From Hormiphora californensis (taxonomy: Eukaryota; Animalia; Ctenophora), in the NCBI GenBank assembly GCA_020137815.1, contig CM035355.1, positions 7,254,001 to 7,318,000 of the forward strand: a stretch of DNA of 64,000 bases, written 5' to 3'. This document shows, piece by piece, positions 38,163 through 50,523 of the stretch (position 1 is the first letter of the stretch; each line of letters opens with the position of its first letter). The position numbers and the translations under genes are program-made. Under the pieces are notes generated by a model, which saw only the letters and a list, made by a program, of their open reading frames with translations, had not been told where the DNA came from and did not search any database.

Positions 38163-39236
38163 ATGTTCGACTACATCCCCGGAAAGATTACGATGCAGAA
38201 CGGCACAACTCGTGACGAACTTCCAACAGATCGCTGGGAAATAGCCCTTATCCAGGCGTGGCTCATCCTATTGGTCGTCACAAACCTTCTTGGAAATACC
38301 TACATATTCCTTTCCAGCGTCATGTACAAGAGTCTCCGACTTGACCTTGTCTCGGAGACGATCATCCAAAACATTGCCCTTTGTGATCTGATGGTCGCTC
38401 TATCAGCCATGATCCCCGCTCTTGTCTACATGAGGAAGGGCATTGTCGGGGTTCTGGAGGAAAACGTTGCTGCCGGGTTTCTCTGTTACATCCTTGGACA
38501 CATTCAGCTGTTCTTCTACTACAGTTCCATACTGCTGATAACAGCTCTGACTGTCAGCAAACTGATGACAGTTGAACGGCCACTTCGAATCAGACTCCGG
38601 ACCCACAAGCAAGGAATCACGATATGCATGCTCTGCTACCTTACACCCTTCTTCATATTGATCATCAACATGATCAAGAAAACCCGGTACTATCTAGATC
38701 TACAGATATACATCTGCCTACCCGTGGGTAGGATCGAGGGTGTCTGGCTGCATGCCAAATCCTTCATATCAGCTCCGGTCATCGTATCTCCCCTGGCGGT
38801 CCTCCTCACCACACTGGTCCTCCTGATCCGGGTCAAGATGTTAAACAGGAGGGTTAACACCCAAGGAGCTGTGGTTGCGATCATTGTGGCAGCGTGTTAT
38901 CTCATCAGTAGTGGACCAATCACAATCGCCATTGCCCTCAACACCGGGGAATGGAAGTGGTTTATGGTGATGGTGATGAGCACTAAAACTCAAACTGCCA
39001 TAACCGATGCTCTTCTCACTCCGAGAATGATTTTAGGCTGCAAAATGCTCAGTTACCTAAATGGTAGCATCAATTTTGCCCTTTACTACGCTTCCTTGAA
39101 CAGCTTCCGGTTGTTTTTTAAAAGTCGGATGTTCCTGCTCAAACGAAGTCTAAACTCGTCTGGAAATTACATCAATGGAGCGGCCCTGGAAATGCAACAT
39201 ATGACACGGAGAAAAACGAACGAACATAATACATAG
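38163..39236 (+). CDS. Intronless rhodopsin-like (class A) 7TM GPCR, 357 aa, orphan
   Basis: N-terminal NGT sequon, TM1 LLGN, TM2 IALCDL, Cys at the top of TM3 and in ECL2 (YICLP), SKL at the DRY position, TM7 NGSINFALY (NPxxY variant), helix-8 FR. Confidence 0.9.
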   Translation: MFDYIPGKITMQNGTTRDELPTDRWEIALIQAWLILLVVTNLLGNTYIFLSSVMYKSLRLDLVSETIIQNIALCDLMVALSAMIPALVYMRKGIVGVLEENVAAGFLCYILGHIQLFFYYSSILLITALTVSKLMTVERPLRIRLRTHKQGITICMLCYLTPFFILIINMIKKTRYYLDLQIYICLPVGRIEGVWLHAKSFISAPVIVSPLAVLLTTLVLLIRVKMLNRRVNTQGAVVAIIVAACYLISSGPITIAIALNTGEWKWFMVMVMSTKTQTAITDALLTPRMILGCKMLSYLNGSINFALYYASLNSFRLFFKSRMFLLKRSLNSSGNYINGAALEMQHMTRRKTNEHNT

Positions 39237-39244
39237 GATTCTAG

Positions 39245-39360
39245 CAGGAATGGACCGACACAAGTAAACAACCAATCGGCAATCAGAACTCGTTATTTAG
39301 GTCACGTGACTGGTTATCAGCCAATCAGGGACCAGTATTTCCTAATTCGGTCGGTTCCTG
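39245..39360. mobile_element. hAT-type MITE (116 bp) with 8-bp TSD, immediately after the GPCR stop codon
   Basis: GATTCTAG|CAGGAA...TTCCTG|GATTCTAG. Confidence 0.85.
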
Positions 39361-39803
39361 GATTCTAGGAAACCTTCCATGTCAGAAGTCAGATAAGATT
39401 ATGAGGGTGATTTTCAATAAACTTGTTCCTGCATTTTCCATTTTAAAATTCAGAAAAGTGAAGAGGATGTTCGCTGTTTTTGTAATAATAAATGTTAAGT
39501 TGTTGCTTTTAAAAATTTTATTAATATAAAACAACAAAAGAACACACGTTTTGCTACGTTTTCAATGTTTTGTGCTGTTTTGTGTTAATACAGATTATTA
39601 AAATCCTTGTTATGTTCTAACCCTCCTTTACAAATTTGTAATGCGGGTGGAAAGAGGGTGGAAAGAGGGTCAGGCAAGGCAATAAAATCCTACATACCTA
39701 CGTGGCTACTTATTATTACCTAAATTGCTAAATTTCCTAAATGGTTAAATGTTCTACAAAGCATATATTATTGCCTAAAAAGCTAAACTACATTTTAAAA
39801 AAT

Positions 39804-42407
39804 CTAAAAGTCTTCCAAAACTAACGAGTTGTCTATAACTTTACTACCTAACCCAGTCGAATTGAAAAATACATTACTAGCTTCCTTTCTGGATTTAGTT
39901 TGTTTGCGGTTATGGATATGACGAAGGCAAGTCAGGAATGCGATAAAGAAGAGGAAAACTCCAGTTGCACCAGCCAAAATCTTCAGCGCTGAAAACAGAA
40001 CACCTGGAAATACATAAAGATTAATACGATGATGAGGGATTTGGGAATAAATAAAATACGCTATCTGATCACCACTCACTTTTCTTCGATCATCTGATCA
40101 CGACTCAAAATTCTTTGATCATCAGATCACGACTCACTTTTCTTTGCTGCTTGTGCGTCCCCCTCGTAGAGAAGGTCACAAAACGGGAAGTCGCTTTCCC
40201 AAGTTCCATTCAAAGAACATCGGACGTTAGAATTCCCAACCAAGAACGTTCTGAATAGATTTCAAAACTATATTTTCGTAAGATTTGTCATAAAATAACA
40301 TTACGCTCCAGTTACAAAATTGAAACCGGACATCAGTTTCTCTGGACAGCTGGGACACTCATAGTGAACCATGCCGTACGCGACATTTTCGATCACGTGA
40401 TCGATGTGAATTGCATTGAAAGTAGCGTGTCAGCACTCCAAAGAGAAACTGACACCAGTTTTCACTGAAAACTGATACCAGGTTTCAATTTTGTAACTGT
40501 ATGGCGGTGCGGGGCTCTGTTGACAGTTGAATAAATTATTGGCTTATTTAACAATCAATAAAGCCCTGCCACTCGCCTGCCAGAAGATTTCGCCAAAATG
40601 GATGCACGACTGAGTATCCTTGTCATCCTTGAGTATATTTACATAGATTAATCTAGATACTGATACATAACCAACATACTTAGAGGAAGGACACGAAAAT
40701 GTGGCACTCTCTCCAGACCAAAAGGTTTTCTTTCCGCCAACTTCAGTTAAAGTTGCGTTTGTCTGGTTCTCCGTCACAGAACACCCTGGAATAAACTCGA
40801 TTTATACGTGAATCTTATTTCATGAATAACTATTACAGTCGGACCCCGATTTACCGGACCCCGATTTACCGGGAGGATAATTTTCCTCCCATATAGGAAC
40901 AAAATCCTTTCCCCAAGCATCCCGGTAAATCATTGGTGGCTTCGTTTTGGCGCGCTACGCATGCGAGTTGTAAGGGTGACTGCGTCACCAAGGTAAATCG
41001 GGGTCCGACTGTATGTACCTTTCCGACAAGATGGAATGTGATGATCACGATTATCCCAAAAACCGGGTTGAATGGGTTCACTTTTATTCCCCCTACAGGA
41101 AAACGAAACCAGATTGCGATGTAAGTTGATATGTTGGGTTACATGTTAGCTCTGCTTTGCTACCTTCCCACCTATCCCCATCGTATCTCACAGAGCCATT
41201 TTTCAAAGCAATCTGTTCACATCCTGCAGATAAATATGTGTATCAGAATATCTGAATATGTATACATATATGTTTTAACCTCTTGGAAAGATTCGGTTAA
41301 TATCTTTTTCGAAAAATTCAAATATTCATTAAAAATCTGGTCTCATTAAAGTGAGAAAAGCTTAACTATAACTAACTAAGATGTTATTAATGATACAAAT
41401 AGCTTACTCTTTTTGCAAACAAGCTGTTTTCCACTCCAAGTTCCATCTTCTTGACAAGATCTAGACATATCACCTGAGTATTTTTCATATCCTTTGCGAC
41501 ACATCTGAAAATACAGAACATGATATAGGTATGATGTGCAATGTTCATTGCCCATTGCGCAATCAAAAGTAAAAAGCAGTAAACGAGTCTTGTCCAATTT
41601 TCCATTATAAAGATTCCATAACTAATGGCGTCCTCAAACAAAAACAACAGCATAACCAACCTGAACTGATGTACTTCCTAGCTGGCACTGGAGGGGAGAC
41701 TGGTTGTACCAGGCCGCTGTGTTCTTGTCAGCACTATCGTGAATCCAATCTTCACATCGACCTGGGCAAACTGCCAAAACAAGAGTATCAATCTTAAATA
41801 TCAATATCATCTGTCTATTTATCGATATTATCTATCAGCATGAGAGTAATAATTTATCATTATCATGCTGCTAATAAGACAATAAGTAAATATGTATAAC
41901 AATATGTATAACAACCACGAACGTCGAACCACTGGAACAATGATTAACGCAGGTCGCCAGGTCGCCCAGCATATAGTTGAGAACACACCGTGAATCAGTT
42001 TCCAGAGGTGGTATAAACAGCTGTCAGTTTCTTACGTTTAGTGCATGCTGGCCAGGGTTTACTCCACTTTCCTTTGTAATTACAGGATAGCACCATTCTC
42101 TTTGAGAGCTTTTCAATTCCAAACCCGTTGTTGCACGTAACTGTGGCTAAACTTCCCACCGCGAACAGTGTAATCGAAGGACTCAGGACAGCGTTGGATA
42201 TTGGTCCGGGGGAGCAGAAGGTTATTGGAGAAACTAATGAAATATCTGAAAAGTGTACTTGTTTATTCAAACGAAACTGCACCTTTTATTTGCCAGTAAA
42301 ACACATGTGCACGTGTATCAATCTAGTATGCAGCTTCATTATTTGGGGGATGAGGTAAACTCACCACAAACAAAATAGAGAACTGCCAATACAGAGACTA
42401 GCAACAT
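39804..42407 (-). CDS. Type-I membrane protein: signal peptide, four CCP/sushi domains, TM, short tail; 1-nt frameshift in CCP3. Exons: 42407-42365, 42245-42036, 41770-41661, 41504-41408, 41223-41019, 40785-40680, 40250-40138, 40003-39804
   Basis: Signal peptide MLLVSVLAVLYFVC. CCP signatures: TVTCNNGF..SCNYKGKWSKPWPAC, CRKGY..RSCQEDGTWSGKQLVC, LTCNPTYQL..SC..GFW..IPSC, FSCPSSKTFLVGNSNVRCSLNGTWESDFPFC. TM segment ILAGATGVFLFFIAFLTCL followed by basic residues. Confidence 0.85.
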
Positions 42408-43208
42408 AACAAGCCAATACTAAATACAATTCAGTGCGTCACAATTGCAACAGGCGAGGGCCGGGCGAGGCATCGGACTATCAGTTCTCATGTTGCTAAG
42501 AACCAACGACGTATAACCAACTTTAGATAACAATGAAACCACAGAATTGACATGTATATACTTTGTACAAAGATAAAAATACGGCATAAATTATAAAAGT
42601 TTATCAGGCCATCTGCCCTACATACATGACACTACCGGTCTGAACTATGTAAAATGATTATAATTAATCGCAATTCGCATGCCATTTCTGTAAAATATTC
42701 TCAGAACTGCATATAATTAGGTTATGTAGTCCTCTTTCTAAAGAGGCCTACATAACCTAATTATTGAACAGCTCGGGTATGGCTCCACTTTTATCACACA
42801 TTTCACGTGATTCCCTAACCGCTAGCGGTAATTATAGGTCACTACTAAAAAGTATGAATACATATGTATTCTCAGCAGTCTAGCAGAGTCGGGTTATACA
42901 CATTTAGGAATTGCAGACTTGCAGAGCTGACAGAGGGACATGTCAACGTACTTAACGTTTACGCAGTCTTTCCATTCGGCGAGTGCGTAGCATGGCAAGT
43001 GGATCTGCCACTGGATCTGGTCCTACACTGTTATAGGCCCTACAGCTGGAACAGTGGAACAATGGGTCTCCCCTAAAACTATGGTGCCGTACTTTCAAAA
43101 TTCAAGTGTAGTTGGAACAAAAAGAATCTCGCCGGGCTTTTGATAAGTTTTGGTGGCGGTGGGCCGGTGGCTGACGCCAACAATTATTGTATCCTTGGAT
43201 TATTATTA

Positions 43209-43363
43209 CAGTCGGACCCCGATTTACCGGGCCCCGATTTACCGGAACCCCGATTTACCGGGAGGATAAACTTCCCCAGATACAGGAAATTAACGGTATT
43301 TGACCCCGATATACCAGGCAAAACCCTTTCTCCCGAGCATCCCGGTAAATCGGGGTTCGACTG
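43209..43363. mobile_element. CAGTCGGACCCCGATTTA MITE family (pogo/Tigger-like, TA TSD); other copies at 6686-6753, 23932-24079, 26965-27136, 27149-27271, 40836-41011, partial near 25380 and 51467
   Basis: TA|CAGTCGGACCCCGATTTA...TAAATCGGGGT(C/T)CGACTG|TA with internal CCGATTTACCGG repeats. Confidence 0.85.
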
Positions 43364-44058
43364 TATTATCTAAAAAAGCATTTTTTTCGGCGATTTTTTT
43401 AGACAAGTTGTCATTTTACTTGTCAAGTTTACGTCAAAATTTTGCTCGCGCGGCGGGCGTTTTACTTTGAGCTGCACTGCAGCTTTTGAGCTCACTTTGA
43501 CTTCTTTTGATTCTCATTTCTTTGTTTTGTATCCAAATCCTCCAAAGCAAAATTTAACAGCCTTCAATTTTTAATCATTTTTGCATAATGTCATATTAGC
43601 ATAAATGTGTTTTGTTACGCGCAAATATAACGCCGCGCATAAATCTCTGCTGCGCGGCATACCGCCGCGCGCTTGATCAATTGAATTGCGCGAAATAAAA
43701 AATGCAAACGGGGAACTTTTTGAAACTGATCGCACTTCCCCTTGAAATCGTTGAGAAGTGCTGCCTTATCCCGCGCTGCAGCAGCGTTTGCCGACGCCCC
43801 AGACGCTCCTGGGCAAAATTAAAATCTGGGTGCTTTTCATTGCTAACATTAACAATTCGTTTGCTAACAATTCATTTGCTAAAAACGTGCTTTACATGGC
43901 ATGCACGTGAGTTTTTGCTAGCAACGGAGCGGGAGCCTATTCTTCGCGGAGCGAGAATAGGTTGCAATGGAGCCAAGTTATTAAGGATACTTTTATAACC
44001 GAATTTCCCCCGCATCCATAGCCCCCTGTAAATGCGTGTTTTTAACCGTCTTGATTAG

Positions 44059-44721
44059 ATGATTGAAGAAATCAAGTCGCAGACCCACTATGAGGCTCTT
44101 ATTGACAGTAACAAGGCGGAAAAGATCATGGTTGTTTTGTTCTACGCAAACTGGTAAGTTGAAAAGCCTTTTTATCCCCAAATTAAATAAGTATATGGGT
44201 TTTATATTTGTATTTCCCTATCAGGTGTGGACCATACAAAAGCTCCATAAAGAATGTTAACCGGCTAGCTGATGATTTGGTTGAAAAATGTTTGTTTTAC
44301 AAGGTACCACCACGAAGAAACTCATTTCAGACACCGGCCCACGCCACCTCACGCCCCACCCCACCACTCACTAGCGTTCCATTTCAGTTAAATGTTACAG
44401 AGCACGATGATGTGACAAGACTCTGCCAAATAATTGTCCTCCCAACATATCTTATCTATGCAGATGCCAAGGTGTGTTTCATTGTTTCATAAATTCGAAA
44501 CTACATTATCTCATTGTTCTCATATACAATTCATTATGTTATTAAATACTACTTAGGTCATTGATATTGTTGTGGCGCCGGGATTGGAAAAATTGAGGAA
44601 CAAAGTGGAGTTCCATCAGAAACAACACCGCCGACATTACTTCCATAAACAGAAAATTCTGAGGAAAAGTTTGGATTTCAATGCATTGCCAGAGTTACAG
44701 AACAGTTCACAATTGCAATGA
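44059..44721 (+). CDS. Thioredoxin-fold protein with atypical WCGPY active site and basic C-terminal extension. Exons: 44059-44153, 44225-44303, 44388-44471, 44557-44721
   Basis: MIEEIKSQTHYEALIDSNKAEKIMVVLFYANWCGPYKSSIKNVNRLADDLVEKCLFYKLNVTEHDDVTRLCQIIVLPTYLIYADAKVIDIVVAPGLEKLRNKVEFH... aligns by eye to canonical Trx (VVDFxAxWCGPC, FxKVDVD, cis-Pro-Thr-Phe). An AG immediately precedes the ATG, so an upstream exon is possible. Confidence 0.85.
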
Positions 44722-44890
44722 TCCGCGGGTGATTGGCCCGTAGAGCACGTGTAAGCAGGAAGCCGCGACATTCATTCTGAATATATGTAAGTGTAACAAG
44801 AGTATATATTTGTGTAAAATGACTGTGTAGACACTGTTTGCAGCAACATACTGATCATGCAGTGTAAAATTGAGGATTCCTTTCCAGTAA

Positions 44891-45618
44891 ACCAGCTGCT
44901 GGTAGAAATTAGGGTCCAATTCTTAAAACTCTCTGAATTTCCAAGTTTAAACTATCAGGAAAATATGAACAACTATTTTGATTATCAAAAGTTTGAATTG
45001 TAAGTTGAATCTTTCTTCAATCATTGTCTGAACTATGTTCTAAATGGTCAACCTACTGTCTTTGTTTCTACTTCTACAAACTGAGAACCGTCAGGATGTG
45101 TTATTATTCATTCGGTTCGTTTGATGATATGCTTGCATAAATGCTCGCTTTTTCAAAATGGCTCACATATCCTAAAATGTCGGAATTCAGTAGAGGGTTA
45201 CGTTTCTACTTCCCCTTGACCTATCCCCGGACTCTATAAAGATAAAATGTCTCTCTAACTAATTTCTACCAGCTGCTGGTAGAAATTAGGGTCCAACTTA
45301 AAACTCTCTGAATTTCCAAGTTTAAACTATCAGGGAAATAAATACAACTATTTTGATTATCAAAAGTTTGAATTGTAGTTGAATCCTCCTTCAATCATTG
45401 CCTGAACTATTGTATGTTCTAAATGATCAACCTATACTGTCTTTGTTTCTACTTCTATAAACTGAGAACCGTCAGGATGTGTTATTATTCATTCGGTTCG
45501 TTTGATGATATGCTTGCATAAATGCTCGCTTTTTCAAAATGGCTCACATATCCTAGAATTTCGGAATTCAGTAGAGCGTTACGTTTCTACTTCCCCTTGA
45601 CCTATCCCCGGACTCTAA
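44891..45618. repeat. Tandem duplication, period ~377 bp
   Basis: ACCAGCTGCTGGTAGAAATTAGGGTCCAA at 44891 and 45268; both copies end CCTATCCCCGGACTCTA. Confidence 0.85.
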
Positions 45619-47640
45619 CTCTCTTCCTGGCTGTTCATTGTCTCACACAACATATGTCTCGGTAGGGGGTTGGACTCCAATCACTCTAGTTTCAATGTGC
45701 ACGATATCTGTGGTAAGGTGTCCAGCAACACGAACGAGCAATGATGGCATGCTACACATGTGTAATGTGTATTACTGCAGCAGGACGAGGAGATCCGAGA
45801 TGGGAACCGTGAAGCAGAACTCACGATATACTATCATGACAATTCATATACCTAACTGGGGTCCCCTTACAGATTAGGTACACCTGTGCTTGGATCCATC
45901 GCATCCTATTCTCGCTCCGCGAATAATAGGATCCCGGTCCGTTGAGAGCAAGAACTCACGTGCGCGCGATATAAAGCACATTTTCAGCAGATCGCGCGTG
46001 ACAGACCGTTTTTGGAGACCTTTTTAGCTGACCTAGCACTACTCAAACGTCAATTATCGCCTCATTTCGCATCGTGATGAATCGGCGGGTATTTTCCCAT
46101 ACTCACAAGGCCATGACGATTCACCCAGTACCCGCAGATTGTCTCAGGACCGAGTAGGAGCTTGCAGCCAGGTCTTTAAAGAATTGCTCATGTTTAGGGT
46201 CAATTTTGACCCACTATTCGTCAAATGCTGATACTCGCGGGTATTTTCCGTAAAACTAGAGACAATTATATGCCAGGAGCAACAAACGAGATGCAAATCG
46301 GTTCAGTAGTTCCTTGCAGCCAGGTCTTTGAAAAAGTTTGCTCTAAAATCAATAACAGGCCGGAGACCTGTATGTGAGATCGATCTCACTCAGGTATCAA
46401 TGTGACCAACACCTGTGCTACACCGTCTACTCTTCTCCCAGTTTCCACCCCGTCATGTTACTTTGCCAACTTTCCACAGTTTCCACGTTACAAGGAAGTT
46501 CGGTCAAGTTGCATGGATTATTACAACTGAATTTATACACAATATGTTTGTCTCCTTCCTTATTAGATTAAACTACCAATAAAATACTCAGTACGCATTC
46601 ACGCAATTTGAATCAAACATATGGATACATCGTATTTTAGTAGGTCATCACTAGGTGTGGTGTAACATCAGCTGCTGCACGATCCTGAGCTCTGTATGAT
46701 GTGTGATAAGATTAAATCGGTCCACTTCGCTAGACAAGCATGAATTAGACCAGGATTAGAACAGAGTTAGACCATGAATTAGACCAGGATCCTCTCTCTC
46801 TCTCTCTCTCTCATATTTTCATTTGATTAGGTGTAATTTGGGATACATATCTATGGTGTGAAGTCTAAAGGAGCTGTAAGCCGTGTCTAAAACCTACCAT
46901 GGTTTGAACTTGTCATTGCCAAGGCATAACTTTGTAACTTATATGTAGGTGTATAACATATAATTGGGCATGGGAATTGGGAATTATCCCTTTTTTAATT
47001 GGGTTAAATCACTATCAACCGGGATGTGGTGGGTGTCTCCAGTTTGGTGTAATGCGTGGTCAATTATAGGAGAATTTAATGAGACACAAAGTGACATGAT
47101 CATCTGTCATTACAATTGTGACTGTGTTTAACACAATTAAAAAAGAGATGATATCTGCATTCTCAATATCTTAGAACTACAAAGTTACACAGATATGATC
47201 AGCTGATAATTCCACCAAACTGCAGAAGATTGTACCACTATATTGATCTGTAGAAATGAAAACTCCTTCCGGCTATAATCGATGTGGTCAAAAGAAATCG
47301 TAGTGATTTAATCTTTCAGCTATCATTTCGAATTCTACAGATTATCATCATGCGGCAATTATCAGATGCTCATAGTATATTGGTTAATGGTTAGTCATGA
47401 AGTTTTCTGAGGGTGAAAAAAATGAAACACACATCTGAACTCGTCAACTTTTCCAGTCAGAACAGGGCTAGCTTCCTGGCAGACATGCGTCAAGAAGTCT
47501 GGGGAGGGCGATGAAAAATCTCACGGAAAGGCGAGATGAGAGTACATATGAGAAGTTGGGGGAAGATAGTTATATTGAAGAAGAAAAAATATTTAGATGG
47601 GAGATGGACACAAGTATCTACGGTGTGTTGACAGAAGACC

Positions 47641-47723
<83 letters not shown>

Positions 47724-48861
47724 GAGAAAAGTCGTGTGCCAACTGGTGTGAGAGAAGGTGGCAAGCTTGAGCTTCAAAGTTTCATAAATATGTTTACATT
47801 CTCAGCTCCAGCACTTCATACTCAATTCACTAGAAATTCATTTAACATTTAATTTTATCCATCGGTGGGAAGTTGGATAGTATGATGTAGTAGCAGGGGT
47901 AGCAGCATACTTGAATTCGGTAAATATATTGGTGGTCGATGTATAGATACAAACTTTGTAAATTGTAGTTGTATGATATATCACATAACAAGCCATTAGA
48001 AATTGCTGTCGACACCTACCAGTACTGCTACCAGCTAAAAACATATTCCACACTCACAATTGGGCATTTTGTAGCTACCAGGGGACTCTCTCTCTCTCAC
48101 ACAAACGTTATTCAAGGTCTCTCCTCAAGCCATTAGGTTCCACTTGGGAACATAAAGTATAAAAGTAGAGGAAAAAGGAACGGAAATAGTCAAACTTCAT
48201 GAAACTTTCATGAAACAAAAACATATCCAGTTTGCTGCTTGATTCCTGAAACCCTTCATTGATTTTACACCGATGCAGTCAACTATGATTTCCCCGGCCC
48301 AACAACGGCCGAGTGTAATCAACATTACGGCCCTCACTTCTCATCTGTGTCATTTGGGAATGACACATGTAAATCATGCGGGCGCCCAGAGTTACACAAG
48401 TGACACCCATATTTCATATTGCAAGCTACATTTACATAATAAATTGGGCTAGCTTGCGTCTAATAAGGATAAGTGATTTTATCTCTGTCAGTTGGTCGCC
48501 ATGGAATGCTGCTCTTCCCCGGAACCTACATTATACATATACATCCCTGTTGAATAAAATCCCGGCCTTGATGATTCCAATAAAATTAAACCGCTGTAGC
48601 TAGTATCATGGTAACAGACAGCTGAAGATTTGGCGTATTTCATCTCTTGTAATTTCAATCTCCATGTATCTTTGATAGCAATCTCGTTATATGATGAGAT
48701 AAGATATTTGTGTTCTGCACCACTCAAATTTGATAGCTTCCGTGATGATATTAAACGGTGCACTTCGCCAAATTTTGGGTACAATATCATCTCTCTGTGT
48801 CTCTCTGTATCTCTCTCTTATCTACTGATCCTCTCTCTCTACTACTCTCTCTTCTCTTTTT

Positions 48862-48898
<37 letters not shown>

Positions 48899-50523
48899 CA
48901 TCTCTCTCGCTCGTCTCTCTCTCTCGTAACACTTCTCTGTACTGCTGCTCTTAGCACACAATCCGTGTGTCATTAGCATATCACGTGTCTTATTTAAAGA
49001 TTAAAGTGTCTTTGGTTTGGACCAGTTCATGTGTGCACAGCTGTAAATCGTCTAGCACAAAACACAAACAACAATACGATCCCAACACAAGATTTATCTC
49101 ATTACGTTCTTCTTGTACAAGTAAAACAAGAATTAAGTTCCTCATGTAGGAATTCTAGGGAACAGGGATATAGGGTTGCTCTTATCCCTGATTAGTGATT
49201 AGGCATGTATTATTATGCGCTATTTAAACCTAAAAGAAATGCTAAAATAGCAGTGGGATAGAGAATTACCAATTATTGAAATAGGGAAGGAAGGGGCATC
49301 GGTGGGTAATTGTGTAAAGAATTCTGTACAATCTAGACCATCACGATGCCCCCCCCCCTACGTACTTCCCTAGTTCACTAATTGGTAATTCCCTTTCACA
49401 TTTCAGTTGTCATTCTACAGAATCATATGGAAATTTATTTCACAATTACCCAATACCCGAGCAAGCTTGTTCAAGGAGGGAAACTACCCATACAAATACA
49501 ACAGTGCAGTTGTCACCCTAAAATCACTTATGAGCGTTTCTATTAGTTCCAATTTTAGTTAAAGTTCCCGGTTCCGGACTCCAGAATGCAGTGTTTACTA
49601 AACTTTAGTTACTAAACTAAACACTGTTTAGTGTCAACGATTGACATGTTCCTTGTCTGTCGGCTCTCACACCAGGCCGAAGGCCCGGTGTGAGCTTACG
49701 CGAGGCGCTTAAAGTGCCGAGGAGAGGCGCTTAAAGTGCCGAATGGAGAGACTGCGTAGCATGGCAAGTCAACGACGGAGAGTTGAGTTTTACAGTAGAA
49801 AATGCAAAAATCTGCTGGTATACAACCCTTCTATGTAGTCTAGTTATTTGGTAGCCGGGTATTTAGAAAACCTGAAAGCCTATTTTCATGACATGGATCG
49901 TTACACTGAGAACCAATGGCGCGCGCGAAGCGTGTTTACTAAAGAAAGTCAACTATTGTCATTTCAAAATAATACAGCATGTGCGCGGCGTTTAACGTTG
50001 ACTCAGACCAGTGCTGCTGAGCTCAGTCAGTTATATTAGTGACTAGCCGGGACGGCCGGTGTAACACCGGCGGTGATGTAACAAATTTAGAACGACAATT
50101 TCGTGTCTGGTGGTAAATAAATAAAGGAATACGGACAGAGAACCAAACAGTGAACAAGCACTTAGCACTAGCAGTAGCAGCTGCAGAATGAAGACGCACC
50201 AACATGCAGTACTTTACTAAATCAATATCACACCCTTTCTCATTCTGCTAAGATCTATCGGTAGACAAGACGTCTGAGAGATATACATACTCAGAGTATA
50301 ATGGTAACGACGTTGTTACCAGATTTGAACTCTGGAGCAAGCTAGTTGTAACACACAAACTGATGTGAATATCATAAACAATCAAGGTTTCTAGCTTCGA
50401 ACATAAGCTCATAAACTCTAAACAAAAACTAAACAAACTATTTACATGTTTAAACAATAAAACCGTCAAAAAATATATCCTATTTCCGAGCTCTTACGAG
50501 AACGCTCACAACGACTCTAACTA

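Noticed and set aside
38163-39236. GPCR as an opsin because of a Lys in TM7
   Set aside because: Counting back from N7.49, position 7.43 is Tyr; the Lys is at about 7.39.
46420-50480. Possible gene in this interval
   Set aside because: No coherent exon chain or recognisable motif found by eye.
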